Positions 47,337 to 54,510 of a stretch of 54,510 bases of DNA are shown here, piece by piece (positions within the stretch are counted from its first letter, which is position 1; each line of letters starts with the position of its first letter). The DNA is from Egicoccus sp. Its GTDB lineage: Bacteria > Actinomycetota > Nitriliruptoria > Nitriliruptorales > Nitriliruptoraceae. The position numbers were made by a program, and so were the translations under genes. The stretch lies in assembly GCA_040904725.1 (NCBI GenBank), contig JBBDSX010000046.1, positions 1 to 54,510 on the forward strand, read 5' to 3'. The notes below the pieces were generated by a model that worked only from the letters and a program-made list of their open reading frames with translations, had not been told where the DNA came from and made no database searches.

Positions 47337-48391
47337 GCCCCCGGCCCGGCCACGACCCCGAACAGCATCCGGCCCTGCCGGTTCTGCACGATCGAGGTCA
47401 CGTCGACGGCGACCTCGTCGGCGATCTGTTCCGCGGCGTCCTCGACCACGACCATCGTCCCGTCGTCGAGGTAGCCGACCGCCTGCCCGGCGTCGCGACC
47501 GGGACGTACCAGGCGGAGGGCGAGCCGCTCCCCCGGCAGCACGGGCGGACGAACCGCGTCGGCGAGCGCGTGCAGGTTGAGGACCCGGACGCCACCGATC
47601 TCCGCCACGCGGGCCAGGTTGCCGTCGGTGGTGATCAGCGCCGCCGAGCGGATGCGGCACAGTGCCGCGAGCTTGGCGTCGACCTCGGCCACGCCGGGCA
47701 GGTCGTCGTGGCTGATCTCGATCGCCACCAGCGACTCGTCCTGCAGCACCTGCAGCGCGTCGAGGCCGCGACGGCCGGCGCGCCGCCGGTGATCCTCGCC
47801 GCTGTCGGCCAGGCCCTGCAGTTCGTCGAGGACGAAGCCGGGCACGACGATCGTGCCGTCGAGGAATCCGGCCCGGGCGACGTCGACGACGCGCGCGTCG
47901 ACCAGCGCCGAGGTGTCGAGCACCTTCACCCCCGAGCCCCGCGAGGGGGTGTGCACGTCCAGCCGTCCGCGCACGCCGACGAACCGCCCCAGCTCGGCCC
48001 CTCGCGAGGCACCGAGACGCCCGCCGGTGTAGGCCAGCACCAGGACGACGACCAGGGTGACCGGCACGGTGAAGCGCTGATAGGGCAACAACACGATCGG
48101 CAGCAGCACCACGAGGCCGGCGAGCGCGCCGACCGCGGCGCCGATGGCGGCCGCGACCAGTTGGGCGGCGGGCACGTGCGCGAGGGCAGAGCCGGCCGTG
48201 TCGACCCCACGCACGATCGCGCGGCCCAGGAAGCCGCCGACGAGGTAGCCAACGAGCGCGCCGAGGACCGCGGTCACGAGACGGGTCGTCTCGGGTTCGC
48301 CGCGGGCGATCAGGTCATCGACGCCGGCGCCCAGTGCGTGGCCGGCGCCGGTGAACAGCAGCACCACGGCCAGGCGCAGCAGTTCGACCAT
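47333..48391 (-). CDS. Membrane-bound PIN/TRAM domain protein (YacL-like)
   Basis: Four N-terminal TM helices; PIN motifs LDTSALVDAR, ELQ.LADS, GRRGLD, EVDAKL and TTD.NL; TRAM motif GYLDDGTMVVVE...GRMLF. Confidence 0.9.
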   Translation of the reverse strand: MVELLRLAVVLLFTGAGHALGAGVDDLIARGEPETTRLVTAVLGALVGYLVGGFLGRAIVRGVDTAGSALAHVPAAQLVAAAIGAAVGALAGLVVLLPIVLLPYQRFTVPVTLVVVLVLAYTGGRLGASRGAELGRFVGVRGRLDVHTPSRGSGVKVLDTSALVDARVVDVARAGFLDGTIVVPGFVLDELQGLADSGEDHRRRAGRRGLDALQVLQDESLVAIEISHDDLPGVAEVDAKLAALCRIRSAALITTDGNLARVAEIGGVRVLNLHALADAVRPPVLPGERLALRLVRPGRDAGQAVGYLDDGTMVVVEDAAEQIADEVAVDVTSIVQNRQGRMLFGVVAGPGA

Positions 48392-48435
48392 GGGTCGGCC
48401 CGCACGCGGTTGGGCCACGGGGAGGGAGGTGCGGC

Positions 48436-48927
48436 TCAGGCCTGGGACTCGGCCAGGACCTTCTCGACGAGTTCCTCGGCCTTGGCCTCGTCCTTCTTGA
48501 TGGCGACCGCGAGCTCGGAGAGCAGGATCTGCTTCGCCTTGGTGAGCATGCGCTTCTCGCCGGCGGACAGGCCCTTGTCCTTCTCGCGCGTGGCGAGATT
48601 CCGCACGACCTCGGCGACCTGGTAGATGTCGCCGGAACGCAGCTTCTCGTAGTTGGCCTTGAAACGACGCGACCAGTTGCCGGCAGCCTTGCCCTCGGGC
48701 TCGCGCAGGACGTCGAGGACCTGCTCGACCTCCTTCTTGGAGACCACGCTGCGGATGCCGACCTCTTCGCACGAGTCGGCTGGCACCATCAGCGTCAGAT
48801 CCCCGTAGGTCAGCCGCAGGACGAGATACTCGCGGGCTTCACCCTTGAGCTCGCGAGCTTCCTTCCGCTCGATGACCGCCGCGCCGTGGTGGGGATAGAT
48901 GACGGTGTCGCCGACGCTGTAGGCCAT
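48436..48927 (-). CDS. carD: CarD family transcriptional regulator
   Basis: GDTVIYPHHGAA, NWSRRFKAN.EK..SGD and GLSAGEKRML; GAGGAG RBS. Confidence 0.95.
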   Translation of the reverse strand: MAYSVGDTVIYPHHGAAVIERKEARELKGEAREYLVLRLTYGDLTLMVPADSCEEVGIRSVVSKKEVEQVLDVLREPEGKAAGNWSRRFKANYEKLRSGDIYQVAEVVRNLATREKDKGLSAGEKRMLTKAKQILLSELAVAIKKDEAKAEELVEKVLAESQA

Positions 48928-49098
48928 GAGTGGTTGCTCCTCGGTTCTTGCGGGGTGGGATCGACGCCGCATGCCGGGGCGAGAAGGCGAGATGTCGCAC
49001 AGGGGGTGACCAGGCCCCGAACGAGGCACGATGCCGACCCGCACGATTCCCGTTGCTGCCTTTCGCGAATCGGCACCTGCAGTGCGAACGTGGCTCCG

Positions 49099-49128
49099 AC
49101 GGTATCACAAGGCCGGTGCCGGGCTCAA
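49099..49128 (-). promoter_or_regulatory. Putative housekeeping-sigma promoter for the carD operon
   Basis: TTGAGC (-35), 18-nt spacer, extended -10 TG-A-TACCGT, about 170 nt upstream of carD. Confidence 0.5.
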
Positions 49129-49215
49129 CCGATTGCGGGGTGAATCCGCAGGTCAGGACGGGGTTTTCATCGTTTGCCCCGCAACCACCCCGTCCATTCG
49201 AAGGTGGCCGATCGG

Positions 49216-50283
49216 TCACACGTACCGCTCGAGGAGGCTCGCCTCGGCGAGGCGCCGCAGGCCGTCCTGGATGGTGCGGGCACGTGCCTCGCCGACGCCC
49301 TCGACGTCGTCGAGTTCGGCGATCGAGGCCTCCATGATCCGCGGCAGGTTGCCGAACCGGTTGACGAGGCGTTCGACGACCCGGGGCGGCAGGCGCGGGA
49401 TCCGCGACAGCAGCCGGTAGCCACGGGGAGTCACCGGCTTGTCGAGCTCTTCCTCGTCGAACGCGAGGATCGCCGCGACCAGTTCGCTGTCGAGCAGGTG
49501 GTCGGTCGAGAGCGCAGCGACGTCGTCGAGCACCCGGGCGAGCTTGCGGCGGCGGTCGGCGAGGTAGTCGCGCACCACGAGCTCGCGATCGTCGCCGACC
49601 GAGGCGACCAGTTCGTCGAGCTGCAGCTGGATCAGTCGGCCCTCGGAGCCGAGCTCGACCACGTGGTCCTCGACCTCGAGCGCGATCCGGCGCAGCATCT
49701 CGGCGCGTTGCAGGGTCAGCACGACGTCGCGGACGGTGACGGTGTCCTCGACCTCGCGGGCAGCCAGCGTGGCCGAGACCTCGTCGAGGCGGGCGCGGTA
49801 GCGCTCGAGCGTGGACAGCGCCTGGTTGGCCCGGAACAGCAGGGCCGAGACCTCCTCGACGGTGTGGCGCTTCCTGCCGTAGTACAGCGTCACCATGCCC
49901 ATCGACTCGGACACGGCGATGACCGGTTCGCCGGTCTGGCGGGCGGTCCGCTCGGCCGAGCGGTGCCGCGTACCGGTCTCGGAGGTGTCAATGGTCGGAT
50001 CGGGCACGAGGTGGACGTTGGCCCGCAGGATGCGCTGGGCGTCGCCGTCGAGGACGAGCGCGCCGTCCATCTTGGCCAGTTCGGCGACGCGCTGGCTGGT
50101 GGCGCCGATGTCGATGACGAAGCCGCCGGAGACGACCGCCTCGATCTCGGGGGTCCAGCCGATCACGATCAGGGCGCCGCGTCCGGCGCGGATGACCCGC
50201 TCGATCCCCTCGCGCAGGGGCGACCCGGGCGCGAGCATGGCGAGGACGTTGCGTAGGCCCTCGTCGCGGGTCGCCTCGGGCAC
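49216..50283 (-). CDS. disA: DNA integrity scanning diadenylate cyclase DisA
   Basis: LAPG..LREG, ELAKMDGA (DGA), ETGTRHRSAER (RHR) and C-terminal HhH VEGVGEARA. GGAGG RBS before GTG 50283. Confidence 0.95.
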   Translation of the reverse strand: MPEATRDEGLRNVLAMLAPGSPLREGIERVIRAGRGALIVIGWTPEIEAVVSGGFVIDIGATSQRVAELAKMDGALVLDGDAQRILRANVHLVPDPTIDTSETGTRHRSAERTARQTGEPVIAVSESMGMVTLYYGRKRHTVEEVSALLFRANQALSTLERYRARLDEVSATLAAREVEDTVTVRDVVLTLQRAEMLRRIALEVEDHVVELGSEGRLIQLQLDELVASVGDDRELVVRDYLADRRRKLARVLDDVAALSTDHLLDSELVAAILAFDEEELDKPVTPRGYRLLSRIPRLPPRVVERLVNRFGNLPRIMEASIAELDDVEGVGEARARTIQDGLRRLAEASLLERYV

Positions 50284-50401
50284 CCGGCTCTCCTCCGGTC
50301 GTTCGGTGGCGCGGGAGACACGATGAAGCGTGTGTTGCGCGGCCGCCGCGCAGACTACTGGACGAGCGCGCGCCGGTGCCGCGCGCCCGTGGACCACACG
50401 A

Positions 50402-51991
50402 TCACGTTCCCGTGGCGGTGGCCGCCCGCAGCCAGCCGGGGAGGTCCGCACGCGGGTCGTCGAGCGCGACGTCGACGACCTCGAGGGCGACGTCGCGGAC
50501 CTGGCGGAGGAAGTCGGCGTGGCCGCCGCGGGCGGGGTCCTCGTGGGTGTCGACGGCGTGGCCGAGCAGCAGGGTGGCGGCCCGGCCGTCGTCCTTGACG
50601 CGGAGCACACGCCCGAGTCGTTGGATCAACTGCCGCCGCGTACGGAACGCGGCGAGCACGACGGCGACGTCGGCATCGGGGACGTCGACACCCTCGTCGA
50701 GGACACGCGGTGCCACCAACGCGTCGATGCGTCCCCGCCGGAACTGCGCCAACCTGATGCGGCGCTTGTCGTCGGCCAGGCCGCCGTGGAGGGTCTCGGC
50801 GTGCACGCCTCCACGGACGAGTTCGGCGGCCGCGTCCTCGGCCTGCTCGACCGTGTCGGTGAACACCAGGCTGCGCCGACCCGACAGCCCTGGCGCAGCC
50901 GCGGCGCAGATGGCGAGCTTGCCCGTGCAGGTGGCGGCGATCTCGCGACGCTCGCGCACACGGACCAGGTACTCGCGGCAGGCGCGGACCTGCGCCCCGT
51001 CGGCTCCTCCTCCGGAGCCCACCATCCCGGGCGCAGGCTCGGCGGCGGCGACCACGGCCGACACGGCGGCGAACAGCTTGCGGGGGTCCTTGGGCATCCC
51101 GAGTCCCCCGACCAGTTCGCGGTGCAGTTGCCGCGCCCGGGCGTCGGCGCGGTCGTAGGCGTCCTGCTCGTCGGCGCGCAGCCGCACCCCGACCGTGGCG
51201 ATCCGGAACGGTGCGACGGTGCCGTCGGCGACGGCGCGGTCGTAGCCGTAGCGGTGCACGACCTCGCCGAAGTAGGGCTCGAGCACCTCGACGAGGCCGT
51301 CGTCGTTGCGCTCGTACGTCGCGGTCAGGGCCAGGCGCATCGAGAACGCCTCGTGCAGCGCCGCGCCCCAGGTCGGCGCGCCGTAACGGTGCGCCTCGTC
51401 GGCGACGAGCAGTCCGAGCGTGCCCGGTGGCGGCTCGATCGGCACGGTGGCCGCCGAGTGCGGGGTCGACACCACCACGTCCCGCTCGAACAGGTCATCG
51501 CGGTTGCCGCCGCCCAGGCGTCCGACGCGCAGGTCGGGGGCCGCCGCCCGCAGCTCGCGCACCCACTGGTCCTGCAACTCGAGCGTCGGCGCCAGGACGA
51601 ACGATCGGCCACCGCGGTCGGCGACGATCCGGATGGCGGCCATCGCCAACCGGGTCTTCCCCGTGCCGGTGACGGCTTCGACCACCCCACGACCGGTCGC
51701 CGACCAGGCGGCGAGCGCCTCGGCCTGCCAGTCGCGCAGTTGCAGCAGGTCGAGCCGTTCCCGCGTGCCGGTGGGGGCCGGCGCCTCGTCGGCAGCGGCG
51801 GGATCGATCGACCAGCGCGGTTTGAGCGGATCACCGTCGGTGACGAAGCGTGGATCGCGTTCGAGCAGTCGCTCGACCATCGCGCGCGGCAGGCGCCGGT
51901 CGCCGGTCGCCCGCAGTTCGCGCAGCAGCAGCGGCACGGTCAGTGAGCCGCGTTCCTCGAGCAGGTCGCGCACCCGCGCCGAGAGATCCAT
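50402..51991 (-). CDS. SF2 DEAH-box helicase (XPB/Rad25/ResIII-like) with N-terminal putative winged helix
   Basis: Q-motif LRDWQ, Walker A TGTGKT, APT, DEAH, LALTAT, LDEGVDVP and QRLGRVLR. Confidence 0.88.
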   Translation of the reverse strand: MDLSARVRDLLEERGSLTVPLLLRELRATGDRRLPRAMVERLLERDPRFVTDGDPLKPRWSIDPAAADEAPAPTGTRERLDLLQLRDWQAEALAAWSATGRGVVEAVTGTGKTRLAMAAIRIVADRGGRSFVLAPTLELQDQWVRELRAAAPDLRVGRLGGGNRDDLFERDVVVSTPHSAATVPIEPPPGTLGLLVADEAHRYGAPTWGAALHEAFSMRLALTATYERNDDGLVEVLEPYFGEVVHRYGYDRAVADGTVAPFRIATVGVRLRADEQDAYDRADARARQLHRELVGGLGMPKDPRKLFAAVSAVVAAAEPAPGMVGSGGGADGAQVRACREYLVRVRERREIAATCTGKLAICAAAAPGLSGRRSLVFTDTVEQAEDAAAELVRGGVHAETLHGGLADDKRRIRLAQFRRGRIDALVAPRVLDEGVDVPDADVAVVLAAFRTRRQLIQRLGRVLRVKDDGRAATLLLGHAVDTHEDPARGGHADFLRQVRDVALEVVDVALDDPRADLPGWLRAATATGT

Positions 51992-51993
51992 CG

Positions 51994-52869
51994 TCAGTGC
52001 GGCAGCGAGAGTTGGCCGTCGACGTACTCGGCCAGGCCGTCGGCGACCAGGCCGTCGGCGACGCGGCCGGCACGGTCCGGGTCGTCGGGCCAGCCGGTGA
52101 CGTCGGCGACCCTGGTCTGCTCGACGGGACCGGTGCGCAGGGCCTGCACCAGCCGGCCGCGGCCCTGGCGGTCGGACCCTTCGAACCTCGACTGCGGCGT
52201 CGACGTCCCGGCGCTGCCGTCGGCAGGGTCGGGGTCGGGCAATTCGGCGCGGTACCAGACGCAGTCGGCCTGCAGCGGACATGCCTCGCAGCGGGGACGG
52301 CGCCTGACGCAGACCGTCGCGCCGAGGTCGAGGACCGCCTGGTTGTGCTCCCAGGCCCGTCCCGGTGGGACCTGCCCGTCGGCGAGAGCCTGTGCCTCGC
52401 GGGGGGCGAGCCGGCGGCCGGCCACCGACCGCGCCAGCACGCGTGCGGCGTTGGTGTCGAGCACGCCGTGGTCACGCTCGAAGGCGAAGGCGAGCACGGC
52501 CCGGGCCGTGTAGGGACCGATGCCGGGCAGCGCGAGCAGCGCGGCGAGGTCGTCGGGCAGCACCCCGTCGTGACGCTCGACGACCGCCGTCGCGGCACGG
52601 TGCAGGTTGAGCGCCCGCCGGTTGTAGCCGAGGCCCGCCCACAGCCGGACCACCTCGCCTGGCGCCGAGGCGGCGCAGTCGGCCGGTGTCGGGAAGTGCT
52701 CGAGGAACACGGCGTACCTCGGCACGACCCGTGCGACCTGGGTCTGCTGGAGCATCAACTCGGCGACGAGCACGGCCCAGGGGTCGCGGGTACGGCGCCA
52801 CGGCAGGTCCCGACGCGTCTGCCCGCTCCACGCGAGCAGGTGCTCGGTGACCGCTGGGTCGGGTCGCAC
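51994..52869 (-). CDS. mutY: A/G-specific adenine DNA glycosylase (short actinobacterial form)
   Basis: LPWR, ELMLQQTQV, W.GLGY.RRA, HhH LPGIGPYTA, DTN and [4Fe-4S] motif C-x6-C-x2-C-x5-C. Confidence 0.9.
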   Translation of the reverse strand: MRPDPAVTEHLLAWSGQTRRDLPWRRTRDPWAVLVAELMLQQTQVARVVPRYAVFLEHFPTPADCAASAPGEVVRLWAGLGYNRRALNLHRAATAVVERHDGVLPDDLAALLALPGIGPYTARAVLAFAFERDHGVLDTNAARVLARSVAGRRLAPREAQALADGQVPPGRAWEHNQAVLDLGATVCVRRRPRCEACPLQADCVWYRAELPDPDPADGSAGTSTPQSRFEGSDRQGRGRLVQALRTGPVEQTRVADVTGWPDDPDRAGRVADGLVADGLAEYVDGQLSLPH

Positions 52870-52882
52870 GGTGGGCGTGGCC

Positions 52883-53536
52883 TCAGATGGCAGTGACGAA
52901 CACCAACTTCGCATCGTCGTCCGGAAGCTCGACCACGTGGCCGTCCGCCCGCAGCCGCACGCCGTCGATCCCGCGTTCGACCGAGACCTGCGCGCCGGTC
53001 CACATGCCCCGCTCACGCAGTTGCATCACCATCTCGTGGTCGCTTTGCAGTTTCTCGGAGATGTAGGTGATCACGACCTCGTCGGCGTCGGTCGCGGCGA
53101 GGCTGACCGGCTCCTGCTCCGACGGGAGCGATCCCGGGATGGGGTTGCCGTACGGGGAGGTGGTCGGGTTGCCCAGGAACTCGAGCAGCTTGGCCTCGAC
53201 CCGGTCGGAGATGACGTGTTCCCACCGGCACGCCTCCTCGTGAACGTGCTCGTGCTCGAGTCCGAGGACGTCGACCAGCAGGCGCTCGGCCAGCCGGTGC
53301 TTGCGCATCACGTGCTCGGCCCGCTCGCGACCGGCCGGCGTCAGCTGGATCGTCCGGTCGGGCTGCAGGACGGCCATGCCGACCTGTTCGAGCCTGGCCA
53401 CACCCTCGGAGACCGCCGGGGCCGACAGGCCGAGCCGCTCGCTCAGCCGGGCGCGCAGGGCCGGCACGCCCTCCTCCTCGAGTTCGAGGACGGTGCGCAG
53501 GTACATCTCGGTGGCTTCGCTGGGCTGGTGGCTCAC
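52883..53536 (-). CDS. DtxR/IdeR family metal-dependent transcriptional regulator
   Basis: TEMYLRT..ELEEEG, MRKHRLAERLL, VHEEACRWEHV, SPYGNPIPG and C-terminal FeoA/SH3-like domain. GGAGG RBS. Confidence 0.92.
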   Translation of the reverse strand: MSHQPSEATEMYLRTVLELEEEGVPALRARLSERLGLSAPAVSEGVARLEQVGMAVLQPDRTIQLTPAGRERAEHVMRKHRLAERLLVDVLGLEHEHVHEEACRWEHVISDRVEAKLLEFLGNPTTSPYGNPIPGSLPSEQEPVSLAATDADEVVITYISEKLQSDHEMVMQLRERGMWTGAQVSVERGIDGVRLRADGHVVELPDDDAKLVFVTAI

Positions 53537-53655
53537 GAGGCGCCTCCCCACGTCGGAACCGCAAGCGTACCCGGCAGGGGTATTCCCCGGAGCGGAGTGG
53601 TCGGGCACGCCGTGACTTCCTCGAGGCAGTGAACCGCGCGGCGGAGGCCGACCAC

Positions 53656-54001
53656 ATGTCACTCGACGTCGTGTCCGTGCGACAGCGTCCCGACCTGGTC
53701 GACGCGTTGTGGAGCTTCTCCGAGGGCCCGAGTTCATGCTCCACGACCCCGTCGCCGACCTGATGGACCACCTGCCGGCGCGTTGTGGTCACGCGGCTGG
53801 GACGAGGTACTCGAACGCGGGATGCTCGAGTCGATGACGATCCCGGGCACCTTCGACGACTGGCGGTCCTGGACCGGCCTCCCGTTCGACGTCAGCGGTG
53901 CGGTGGTCGTCGGGGGCGCGCTCAACCCGGTACTGGTCAGTGTCGAACATGACCATGCGGTCTACGTCGAACCCAACGTGTGGATGCACCACCGGGTGTG
54001 A
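53656..54001 (+). pseudogene. Eroded actinobacterial N-acetyltransferase-like gene
   Basis: GGAGG RBS and ATG. Three segments separated by frameshifts read MSLDVVSVRQRPDL, PEFMLHDPVAD and RGWDEVLERG..SMTIPGT..WRSWTGLPFD..GALNPV..YVEPNVWMHH. Confidence 0.65.
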
Positions 54002-54008
54002 CGACAGC

Positions 54009-54046
54009 GACGGGGCGGGCCGATGGCCCGCCCCCCCCCCCCCGTC
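54009..54046. terminator. Stem-loop between convergent clpC and the pseudogene, containing a C13 run
   Basis: GACGGGGCGGGCC-GAT-GGCCCG(C13)GTC. Confidence 0.6.
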
Positions 54047-54062
54047 CGTATGCCGGATGCTG

Positions 54063-54510
54063 CTAGTCGTCCGACTGCTGCTCGCCGCCCTCGCGGTCAC
54101 CCCCGGCCAGCTCGACCGGTGGGATGTCGGGAGCGGACGGCGAGTCCACGGCGCGGAACGCGACCGTGTCGGCGTCGTCGTCGACATCGGCGACGATCAG
54201 CTGTCCGGCGGTGAACTCGCCCTGGAGCATGCGCTCGGACAGCTTGTCCTCGACCTCACGCTGGATGGTGCGACGCAGCGGTCGCGCGCCGAGCTGCGGG
54301 TCGTAGCCCTTCTCGGCCAGCCAGGTCTTGAGTGCGTCGGTCAGCTCGAGGTCGAGGTCACGCGCCCGCAACTGCGTCTTCACGCGGGTGATCATCAGGT
54401 CGACGATCGTCTTCACCTCGTCCCTGGTGAGCGGGTGGAAGACGATGGTCTCGTCGATGCGGTTGAGGAACTCGGGACGGAAGTGCTTCTTGAGCTCCTC
54501 GTCCACCTGC
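54063..54510 (-). CDS. clpC: ATP-dependent Clp protease ATP-binding subunit ClpC, C-terminal part (5' end beyond the window)
   Basis: FRPEFLNRIDE.IVF.PL and GYDP..GARPLRR.IQ motifs; synteny with disA and carD. Confidence 0.88.
   Translation of the reverse strand, partial: QVDEELKKHFRPEFLNRIDETIVFHPLTRDEVKTIVDLMITRVKTQLRARDLDLELTDALKTWLAEKGYDPQLGARPLRRTIQREVEDKLSERMLQGEFTAGQLIVADVDDDADTVAFRAVDSPSAPDIPPVELAGGDREGGEQQSDD

Noticed and set aside
49131-49200. GGGGTGAATC suggesting a c-di-AMP (ydaO) riboswitch next to disA
   Set aside because: It is antisense to the operon, and the other conserved ydaO elements (GCTGAATCC, GTCAGCTAACC) are absent.
51994-52869. MutY lacking the C-terminal NUDIX-like domain as a truncation
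   Set aside because: Short MutY is usual in actinobacteria, and the ORF ends cleanly before the helicase.
53537-53655. IdeR/DtxR operator upstream of the regulator
   Set aside because: No match to the TTAGGTTAGGCTAACCTAA-type consensus is visible.

Overview
A very GC-rich chromosomal backbone segment from an actinobacterium. Acidic exported proteins, SLH domains, a Firmicute-type sigH and a PIN/TRAM gene suggest a deep-branching lineage such as Nitriliruptoria (inference). In order, the window holds: the 3' part of tRNA-Arg(CCT); a large secreted S8 protease with FN3-like and SLH domains; galK divergent from galE-galT; metG; a VOC protein; a tandem pair of dynamin-like GTPases; a DUF4032 kinase-like gene; an MsiK-type sugar ABC ATPase; a GH13 alpha-glucosidase and PfkB kinase; a stand-alone NuoF-like flavo-FeS protein; a DUF4015 lipoprotein; a degenerate alpha/beta-hydrolase; kgd/sucA; two paralogous class B PBPs flanking an HhH-GPD gene, a small DUF3309-like gene and rimK; an FKBP/nitrobindin/CoA-disulfide reductase cluster; a Ca/Na antiporter; a MoaD-like protein; an alanine symporter; a response regulator; LytR_C and DUF3263 genes; tRNA-Thr(TGT); an S9 peptidase; and the conserved block clpC-dtxR-mutY-helicase-disA-carD-PIN/TRAM-ispD-ispF-cysS-rlmB-sigH. 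I see no CRISPR array, prophage, integrase or transposase, and no clearly novel multi-gene system is proven. The best leads are the orphan NuoF-like gene, the Firmicute-type sigma H in Bacillus-like synteny, a wHTH-helicase sitting where radA usually is, a nucleophile-less hydrolase, the dynamin-like pair next to a kinase-like gene, two eroded gene remnants and several candidate RNA structures. Family assignments come from motifs recognised by eye, not database searches. Many start codons were re-called from the ORF track using RBS and overlap evidence.
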